Source of the DNA: a virus
Taxonomy: Duplodnaviria; Caudoviricetes
Virus record (IMG/VR): IMGVR_UViG_3300042402_002715
Span: 518 to 64,517 of that record
DNA: 64,000 nt
Direction: 5' to 3' (one strand)
Below, piece after piece: positions 57,780 through 63,914 of this stretch; positions within the stretch are counted from its first letter, which is position 1; each line of letters opens with the position of its first letter. Below the pieces are notes generated by a model. That model had not been told where the DNA came from. It ran no database searches and saw nothing but the letters and a program-made list of their open reading frames with translations. Made by a program: the position numbers and the translations under genes.

Positions 57780-58117
57780 TTATTTTGTATTAATTATTTT
57801 ATATTTTCTTCCTTCTTTTTTTAATGTACCAACAAGGTCTTCTTTATAGTCAATTCCACTCCAAAAACCAGATCCGTCTGACCAAACACCTTTTTTATTG
57901 TTTTTATAAACCATATCACCTTCAAATGTAATGTATTCAGGTTGGTCATTTTTAGTCAAAGCATATGCTCTTGTCATTTCTCTATTCTCAGATGGTGAAT
58001 AATTACCTAACCAATCTTGTCTGCATAAAAATGTTGCTTGTCCAACAATAACTTCTTGCCCATCAAGAATAACTTTTTTGTTGAATTTTTTTTAAATGTA
58101 TAAATGTAAGTACCCAT
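57780..58117 (-). pseudogene. Hypothetical gene interrupted by a frameshift in an A8 tract
   Basis: MGTYIYTFKK then frame change at TTT-A8-TTC (58093-86); one extra A joins it to the 57977-57780 ORF. Confidence 0.55.
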
Positions 58118-58156
58118 ATGTTTTTTTATTTGTTTTACAAAGATATGTATTTTATT

Positions 58157-58273
58157 TCAATCTACCAAATCTTTTTTAAACTTTTCTTTTCTTGTATATT
58201 TCTTTTTATTACGATACACATTTGGCCTTGTTGTCATCATAATCTCCTGATATGTAATCTCAATTGTTTTCAT
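58157..58273 (-). CDS. Small basic protein (38 aa), ArfA-like motif
   Basis: MKTIEITYQEIMMTTRPNVYRNKKKYTRKEKFKKDLVD*. Confidence 0.5.
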   Translation of the reverse strand: MKTIEITYQEIMMTTRPNVYRNKKKYTRKEKFKKDLVD

Positions 58274-58559
58274 CGTTATATAATCTTTGAACGTGTTTAA
58301 TTATTTTATTTATATCTTCTTCTGTTTGGTAAGCTAGTACATCATTTGTTATTTCTGTATCATAACAAATCTCCCACTGATTTTTTGTTCCTTTTAAAAT
58401 TGCAACCTCCCAAGTATTATCATCTGTATATGAATAAAACCCACTTGGTGTTAAAAATCTAACAGCAGATAAACCATAACCACCAGGAAAAAAAATTAAT
58501 CCTTGTTGTCCATGCCCAGATTTATGTGGTTCAAATTCTATATCCTTAAATGTTATCAT
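58260..58559 (-). CDS. Hypothetical phage protein
   Basis: 99-aa ORF, FPGGYGLSAV..WEVAILK; -7 element at 58564-71. Confidence 0.7.
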   Translation of the reverse strand: MITFKDIEFEPHKSGHGQQGLIFFPGGYGLSAVRFLTPSGFYSYTDDNTWEVAILKGTKNQWEICYDTEITNDVLAYQTEEDINKIIKHVQRLYNDENN

Positions 58560-58598
58560 AAAACAAAAGTATAAATAATTTTTTAATCTACCAAATTT

Positions 58599-58636
58599 TC
58601 AAAGAACAAAAAAACCCCTCTTTTTTAGAGAGGGGC
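58599..58636 (-). terminator. Attenuator terminator followed directly by boxA-like motif
   Basis: CCCCTCT-CTAAAAA-AGAGGGG-T7 then GTTCTTTGA (58607-599). Confidence 0.75.
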
Positions 58637-58662
58637 TTCAAAATTTTTATATGTATAAAATC

Positions 58663-58731
58663 TTACACCCTCTCCTTAAAAGAATCCTCAGCTAAATCGC
58701 CTCCTATCAATGATATGTGTAAATTTTTCAT
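58663..58731 (-). CDS. Putative leader peptide (22 aa) of the attenuator for tRNA cluster 2
   Basis: MKNLHISLIGGDLAEDSFKERV*; late motif at 58752-59; final codons GAGAGGG complementary to terminator arm CCCTCTC. Confidence 0.6.
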   Translation of the reverse strand: MKNLHISLIGGDLAEDSFKERV

Positions 58732-58790
58732 TTGCGGTTTTTTATTTTGATATAAATATAGTAATAATTTTAAAAGTGTCAAGTTTTATT

Positions 58791-59297
58791 TTAATCTTCG
58801 ATGCTATCAAGTAATTCAACAACCTCATCAACTGATTTTTCTAACACTTTTATATTTTTTATTGTGGCATCATCTTCAGCAAAATCTTCTAAATCTCTAA
58901 CTTTATCATAAGCAGATTCCAAGTCATTTAATAATCCATTAAGATCAATATCATAATCTTCAAAATCACTTTTATGAAGTTTGACACCTTTTTCATTATA
59001 AGACCTAACCAATTGTTTAAGAACACTTAATGTTTTTTTCATTTTGATAAAATCATCCATTAAATCTTCAGCTACTTTATATTGGCCGTGTTCAAAAGAA
59101 TCTCCTTTTATCATTGTTTTTAATTTACCAAATGCAATCATCATTCTACCAACACCATTAAATATTGCCATTGAAATATTGTTTGCGGTTTTTCTAACTT
59201 TCAAATCTTTTTTTACGTTTGGGTAACCATCTTCATTAATTACACGTTTAACAATTCTTGTTAAGTCTGATTCTGTTAATCTTATTATTCTTTTCAT
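58791..59297 (-). CDS. Hypothetical protein, probable internal head protein
   Basis: MKRIIRLTESDLTRIVKRVINE N-terminus; late motif at 59316-23. Confidence 0.65.
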   Translation of the reverse strand: MKRIIRLTESDLTRIVKRVINEDGYPNVKKDLKVRKTANNISMAIFNGVGRMMIAFGKLKTMIKGDSFEHGQYKVAEDLMDDFIKMKKTLSVLKQLVRSYNEKGVKLHKSDFEDYDIDLNGLLNDLESAYDKVRDLEDFAEDDATIKNIKVLEKSVDEVVELLDSIED

Positions 59298-59343
59298 AAT
59301 TTTTATATTTTATTAATAAATATATAGATGATTAAAAAAGTTG

Positions 59344-59417
59344 TACCCCCAGCAGGACTCGAACCTGCAAAAATGTGAGCCTAAATCACACTCGTATACC
59401 AATTCCGACATAGAGGC
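59344..59417 (-). tRNA. tRNA-Leu(TAG) lacking the long variable arm
   Basis: TGTGA-TTTAGGC-TCACA; variable region only TTTTT. Confidence 0.8.
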
Positions 59418-59426
59418 ATTTTGTTG

Positions 59427-59498
59427 AGGTCCTAATTGGAATCAAACCAATCTAACCGGTTTTGCAGACCGGTGCCTAAGTCTCTCGGCCATAGGACC
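59427..59498 (-). tRNA. tRNA-Cys(GCA)
   Basis: CCGGT-CTGCAAA-ACCGG; U73 discriminator. Confidence 0.88.
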
Positions 59499-59503
59499 AT
59501 ATA

Positions 59504-59959
59504 TTAACGGCAGTGGTAATCTGCCGCTTTTGTTGCAATTTGATTATGGGGTTTTATATTTGTTTTATATCCCAAGGATGTCGCCCACCCAACAGCTGGT
59601 TGAACCAGTTTTGAACTAAAGTGTTTTTCATCACTATTAAAGTCCAAATCAATTTCAACTTTTACTTTTACTTTCTGGGTTAACCATTCGGCAACCTCAA
59701 TTGAATAATCGGCCTCATTCCAAAGACGTGTCCATTTATCTTTTATTTTTTTCACTTTTTGTTTGTGAAGAATATAATGAACACCCCTATTTCCATACCT
59801 ATATGCTATTACCGTAACATACACGGTACTTCTTCTGTGGTTTTGTGAGTCAGTCCCAATGTGGACTTCCACCCAGGGACATTCTTTTAGAACACCCAAA
59901 GTGTGATTAACCACATCTGGTATTGCAACACCATTAACCGTTCTAAAAACTCTGTTCAT
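59504..59959 (-). CDS. RNase H-like YkuK/DUF458 family protein
   Basis: IGTDSQN, RLWNEA..SIEVA, EIDLDFN..FSS, IKP..ATKAAD. Confidence 0.8.
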   Translation of the reverse strand: MNRVFRTVNGVAIPDVVNHTLGVLKECPWVEVHIGTDSQNHRRSTVYVTVIAYRYGNRGVHYILHKQKVKKIKDKWTRLWNEADYSIEVAEWLTQKVKVKVEIDLDFNSDEKHFSSKLVQPAVGWATSLGYKTNIKPHNQIATKAADYHCR

Positions 59960-59981
59960 TTTAGTTAATTTTAATTGTTTG

Positions 59982-60054
59982 TGGACAGGGAGGGTGTCGA
60001 ACCCCCGACTCCAGGATCTTCAATCCTGAGCTCTACCAACTGAGCTACCTGTCC
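59982..60054 (-). tRNA. tRNA-Phe(GAA)
   Basis: CAGGA-TTGAAGA-TCCTG cloverleaf. Confidence 0.93.
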
Positions 60055-60063
60055 TTATTTTTG

Positions 60064-60134
60064 CACGTGGTGTAGGGATCGAACCTACCCGGCGAGGTTT
60101 TGGAGACCTGCCCGACGCCCTGTCTGTACCACGT
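60064..60134 (-). tRNA. tRNA-Trp(CCA)
   Basis: AGGT-CTCCAAA-ACCT; ACGTGGT/ACCACGT acceptor; G73. Confidence 0.85.
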
Positions 60135-60172
60135 AAATTTGCCCGACCTAGCTCGGGACCGACATCGGATAT

Positions 60173-61027
60173 TCATATACTATCTAACCAAGAATTACCA
60201 AGTTTAACATAATCTTCATTTATCTCATATCCCTCAAAATTACATTCTAAAGTTTTTGAAACAACACATTCACTTCCAGATCCTGCAAATATAATTAAAA
60301 CATTTGGTTTTAATTCTTTTGGTATTGAGGATTTTATTAATTTTTCGGTTAAAGATAATGGTTTTTGTGTTGGGTGTACAATTATTTTATGATTTTCGTG
60401 ACTCTTTTTTTCTTTTGGTTCACAAAAAATGTTACAAGTATCACAATAAAAATACCTTTCTTTTGCACCCGATCCTCCAGCTAATGATGGTATTTTTATT
60501 ACATCCCTTGGTAATGCGCCATTTTCGTTTGCATTATAAATTGTTTCTTTATCACCAAATCTCCCTTTAGTTGCCTTTCTTTTTTTTCCTGCGGCATTCT
60601 TAATAAAACTTTCAGTATAATCTTCTCTAACATCATCCAAATTAAAATTTACAGTTTCACCTTTCCAAACATGGATTATTGATTCGTGACTTCTTTGCCA
60701 AAATTTATAGTGTGGGACCGTTTTATTTGTATAATGCCAGACTAACCATTTTTTTGTTTCATACTTAATATTAACAAATATATGTGCTAAAATCTCACTA
60801 AAACCATAAATAAAAATAGAACCACCAGGTTTTAATACTCTATATGATTCAATAAACCATTCATTACACCAATCCAAATAATCCTTTAATGTTCTTTTAT
60901 CTGAATCATTACCAAAATCTTTACCTATATTATATGGTGGATCTATAATGATTGTATCAATTGTATTGTCTTCTTTTTTTTTTAATTCGATTATACAGTC
61001 AACATTTAATATTTTGTTTTTTAACAT
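60173..61027 (-). CDS. N6-adenine/N4-cytosine DNA methyltransferase (beta class)
   Basis: DPPY, HPTQKP, FAGSGS; small CxxC..H..H insert. Confidence 0.9.
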   Translation of the reverse strand: MLKNKILNVDCIIELKKKEDNTIDTIIIDPPYNIGKDFGNDSDKRTLKDYLDWCNEWFIESYRVLKPGGSIFIYGFSEILAHIFVNIKYETKKWLVWHYTNKTVPHYKFWQRSHESIIHVWKGETVNFNLDDVREDYTESFIKNAAGKKRKATKGRFGDKETIYNANENGALPRDVIKIPSLAGGSGAKERYFYCDTCNIFCEPKEKKSHENHKIIVHPTQKPLSLTEKLIKSSIPKELKPNVLIIFAGSGSECVVSKTLECNFEGYEINEDYVKLGNSWLDSI

Positions 61028-61611
61028 ATCGTTATTTTTTTTACAAAATTTATTAATGATAAATCAACCTCAACCCATAGTTGGTGTGACATTGATTTAG
61101 TTATTTTACATTTAATTTTACCATCTTTACTTATACCCTCCCAACCAGAAACTCTATTTTTATATTTACCTTTTTTTCCTATTGTTTCTATCCATTTGAA
61201 ATTTTTATAATCAAAAATTTCTTTATTAATATAATTTATAAAATAATTTTTATCCCAAATTTCACTATCATTTCTAGATAAAAATAAAAAACTATCATAA
61301 TTAACGTTTTCCAAAAAATCTAATTTTTCCTCAATTGTTTCAAATCTACCAAGCCTATGTGATGAAAAAATTAATTTATTATCTTTTATTGTTCCGGTTT
61401 TTAGTTGTGGTAAAAATTTATTATTATCTAATTCAAAATTTAAATCGTGACCAGTACTATGGTTAAATGCGGTATACTTAGAATTTTCTTTGTTCATTAC
61501 TTGGTCTACTAAATCTTCCCAAGCTTCTGCCTTTACTGGTATTCTATAAATTTGGTGGTGTTGATATAACTTAGTTTCAATAAGTGATAAGATCTCTTCG
61601 TTAAATTTCAT
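61021..61611 (-). CDS. Putative restriction endonuclease-like protein (PD-(D/E)xK-like)
   Basis: WE..HSTGHD..QLK pattern; overlaps the MTase start; true start ATG 61611 (longer ORF would run through tRNA-Arg); own -33/-7 promoter at 61646-16. Confidence 0.45.
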   Translation of the reverse strand: MKFNEEILSLIETKLYQHHQIYRIPVKAEAWEDLVDQVMNKENSKYTAFNHSTGHDLNFELDNNKFLPQLKTGTIKDNKLIFSSHRLGRFETIEEKLDFLENVNYDSFLFLSRNDSEIWDKNYFINYINKEIFDYKNFKWIETIGKKGKYKNRVSGWEGISKDGKIKCKITKSMSHQLWVEVDLSLINFVKKITIC

Positions 61612-61653
61612 AATACAAATGTAATTAAAATTTTTTAAATGACAAACTAATTG

Positions 61654-61726
61654 TACCCCCTCAGAGACTCGAACTCCGACCTGACACCTTAGAAGAGTGT
61701 TGTACTTCCAATTATACGAAAGGGGC
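61654..61726 (-). tRNA. tRNA-Arg(TCT)
   Basis: ACACT-CTTCTAA-GGTGT cloverleaf. Confidence 0.9.
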
Positions 61727-61730
61727 AAAT

Positions 61731-61895
61731 AAAAGATGATGAACAACTTTATCAGGAATCCCGTCCTCAGACTTCACACACCATTAGAGAGCTGGGTTGT
61801 TACATCAACACAATTAAGATTGAATACCTATCCTTAGTGTGTACCCTTGCGAACACCTCTCCGTGTCCGTTGTTCTACGCCTTTTATCATCTTTT
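61731..61895 (-). ncRNA. Orphan rod-shaped structured RNA (~165 nt)
   Basis: Nested pairings AAAAGATGAT/ATCATCTTTT, GAACAAC/GTTGTTC, GGAGAG/CTCTCT, GGGT/ACCC, ACACA/TGTGT. Confidence 0.55.
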
Positions 61896-61896
61896 G

Positions 61897-61968
61897 TACC
61901 TTCGGAGAGGGTCGAACTCCCAATCATCAGATTCGTATTCTGAGGCTTTTCCATTAAGCTACGAAGGT
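61897..61968 (-). tRNA. tRNA-Arg(ACG)
   Basis: TCAGA-ATACGAA-TCTGA cloverleaf. Confidence 0.9.
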
Positions 61969-61974
61969 ATATTG

Positions 61975-62048
61975 TGTGTATGATGGGTCACGATCCCATG
62001 GCCTCCACTTTCACAGAGTGGCACTCTACCAACTGAGCTACATACACC
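61975..62048 (-). tRNA. tRNA-His(GTG)
   Basis: CCACT-CTGTGAA-AGTGG; G-1 present; T loop ATCGTGA. Confidence 0.85.
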
Positions 62049-62054
62049 ATGTTG

Positions 62055-62123
62055 TCCCGTATGTTGGACTTGAACCAACCTCAAGTCGGATATGAACCAA
62101 CTTTGATCCCTGATCATACGGGA
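62055..62123 (-). tRNA. tRNA-Met/Ile2(CAT) with minimal D loop
   Basis: AAGTTGG-TTCATAT-CCGACTT; D arm GATC-AGG-GATC; canonical T arm. Confidence 0.65.
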
Positions 62124-62127
62124 GTTG

Positions 62128-62216
62128 AGGAAAGCAGTGGTAACGATCCACAATCGGAGTCTCACCGATCGCAATGCTTAGCAGGCATGCCCCGTCGCCT
62201 TCAGGGATTACTTTCC
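62128..62216 (-). tRNA. tRNA-Ser(GCT)
   Basis: ATGC-CTGCTAA-GCAT; long variable arm; T loop ATCGTTA. Confidence 0.85.
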
Positions 62217-62221
62217 ATTTG

Positions 62222-62294
62222 TGCTCATCACCGGTTACGATCCGATTCTCTCCACGATATCAGCGTGGTGCTTTCCCGATTAAGCTAGATGAGC
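62222..62294 (-). tRNA. tRNA-Ile(GAT)
   Basis: CCACG-CTGATAT-CGTGG; T loop ATCGTAA. Confidence 0.88.
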
Positions 62295-62455
62295 TGGTAC
62301 GTATTTAGGGGTATTTCTTAACCACCCCCTCAGCTCGTCAGCATCTCGGTGGTCGATACTTTAGTCACAGCGAACCCAACTGCTGTTTCTTACTAGATGC
62401 TCGCGGCCTACTTACTCGAGACGTTACCACTACGGGGAACCCAACATTGTATCTT

Positions 62456-62533
62456 TGGCGGACCAGGTAGGACTCGAACCTACTATCCCTCGCTTAACAG
62501 GCGAAAGCTTATAACCACTTAAGCTTCTGGTCC
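62456..62533 (-). tRNA. tRNA-Asn(GTT)
   Basis: TTCGC-CTGTTAA-GCGAG; encoded CCA. Confidence 0.92.
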
Positions 62534-62537
62534 AGTG

Positions 62538-62618
62538 TGGAAGTGGTAGGGGTCGAACCTACACGCCTTTCGGACTTGATTTACAGTCAAGCGAGCCAGC
62601 CAAATGCTCAACACTTCC
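62538..62618 (-). tRNA. tRNA-Tyr(GTA)
   Basis: CTTGA-CTGTAAA-TCAAG; variable arm CC-GAAA-GG. Confidence 0.9.
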
Positions 62619-62624
62619 TTATTG

Positions 62625-62695
62625 TACCTCAAGATGGATTTGAACCACCACCGATAGTTTGTAATACTACCACGCTCCGATTACGCCATTAGGGC
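62625..62695 (-). tRNA. tRNA-Val(TAC)
   Basis: GTAGT-ATTACAA-ACTAT; one mismatch in the acceptor stem. Confidence 0.75.
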
Positions 62696-62756
62696 CTTTG
62701 TTTCTACAAAGATAATATTTTTTTTTAATTCTTCAGACATTGACTGAATTTTTTTG

Positions 62757-62830
62757 TGTCCCCGGTGAGACTCGAACTCACACTCTTTCCATTAAAAGTG
62801 GAAAGCTTTAACCAGTTAAGCTACGAGGAC
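62757..62830 (-). tRNA. tRNA-Lys(TTT)
   Basis: TTCCA-CTTTTAA-TGGAA cloverleaf. Confidence 0.93.
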
Positions 62831-62891
62831 TTTTGTTTGTTATACTTGTCACTTTCCATAACACTTGTTTTTATTTGTTTATTTTATTTAG

Positions 62892-62964
62892 TCTAAGTGA
62901 CAGGGGTCGAACCTGCGGCCTGAGCGTCCCAAACGCCCCGCTCTACCATCTGAGCTACACCTAG
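62892..62964 (-). tRNA. tRNA-Pro(TGG)
   Basis: GGGCG-TTTGGGA-CGCTC cloverleaf. Confidence 0.92.
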
Positions 62965-62972
62965 TTATTATT

Positions 62973-63061
62973 TGGAGGAAGAAGTAGGTGTCGATCCCAA
63001 TACCCGCAAAGGTACCACCCGTTTTCAAGACGGGGTCATAGGCCGCTATGATTCATCTTCC
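62973..63061 (-). tRNA. tRNA-Ser(TGA)
   Basis: CCCGT-CTTGAAA-ACGGG; long variable arm; encoded CCA; T loop ATCGACA. Confidence 0.88.
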
Positions 63062-63614
63062 TTTTATTCCAGTCAATTTTTGCTTTTATACTTAATTTTT
63101 CTTTTGTTTCTTTTGAAACGTATAATCCTTTAGTCCATCCTTTTAAAATATAAGCTTCTAGTTCTGTTTTTTTTATTTTTTTATTTACACAATCTTTATT
63201 AATCCATGTGGTACCAAATTGTGAATTTTTTTCACCAGATCCTTGTCCTTTTTTAGTGTTACTTATTTTTAACTTAATATCTTCAGAATGTGTTTTTCCG
63301 TAGAAACCATTTATTTCTAATAATTTACCACCATAACCACCTAAAGCAATATTCATACATAATTTGTCTTTCAATAAACTTTCATTTACAATTTCCTTTT
63401 CTTTATTTATTAGTAAATCCCTGTTTGGGAAAAACTCAATTATTTCTTTTGTGTGGTTTTCAATCCCGTATTTTTTAATTGAGTTCCAAAGTTTTTTTCC
63501 AGACCCCATATATCCATCTTCTAAATTATCTGTCGAATGTATTCCGACATAAAATTTATTTGTTACACTACAAATAATTTTATAAATGTAGTGATGTTTT
63601 TTTTCTACTACCAT
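63036..63614 (-). mobile_element. Free-standing GIY-YIG homing endonuclease (Seg-like, NUMOD3)
   Basis: YIYKII...FYVGIH..Y.GSG, FYGKTHSEDIKLKIS; start ATG 63614; inserted between tRNA-Gln and tRNA-Ser. Confidence 0.85.
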
Positions 63615-63658
63615 AATTAAAATATGTTTTTTATAATAGTTTATGTTCCAATTTATTG

Positions 63659-63729
63659 TTGTTCCCCAAGGACTCGAACCTCGATTCCACGGACCAAAAC
63701 CGCGTGTCCTGCCATTAGACGAGGGAACA
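63659..63729 (-). tRNA. tRNA-Gln(TTG)
   Basis: CGCGG-TTTTGGT-CCGTG; T1-A72. Confidence 0.92.
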
Positions 63730-63745
63730 TTATAAGGCCAATATG

Positions 63746-63754
63746 TCAAAGAAC
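63746..63754 (-). promoter_or_regulatory. boxA-like antitermination motif
   Basis: GTTCTTTGA near the head of tRNA cluster 1. Confidence 0.55.
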
Positions 63755-63770
63755 TTTTTCTTTTTGTTTG

Positions 63771-63843
63771 AGGTTTCTATCAGGGTCGAACTGATGACTC
63801 CGGGTTACAAAGCCGGGATATTACCAAACTATACTAAGAAACC
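63771..63843 (-). tRNA. tRNA-Thr(TGT)
   Basis: CCGG-C-TTTGTAA-C-CCGG; GGTTTCT/AGAAACC acceptor. Confidence 0.85.
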
Positions 63844-63853
63844 AATATAAAAC

Positions 63854-63881
63854 AAAAAACCCAAGGTTTGTTGCCTTGGGT
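63854..63881 (-). terminator. Attenuator terminator upstream of tRNA cluster 1
   Basis: ACCCAAGG-CAACAAA-CCTTGGGT-TTTTT, 10 nt before tRNA-Thr. Confidence 0.75.
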
Positions 63882-63914
63882 CTTATATTCCTTTATTATG
63901 TAGGTTAATCGTTA

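Noticed and set aside
61612-63749. N-terminal extensions of ORFs 61021-61746 and 63036-63749, and ORFs 61959-62174 and 62049-62288
   Set aside because: They read through tRNA genes; downstream ATGs (61611, 63614) are the plausible starts
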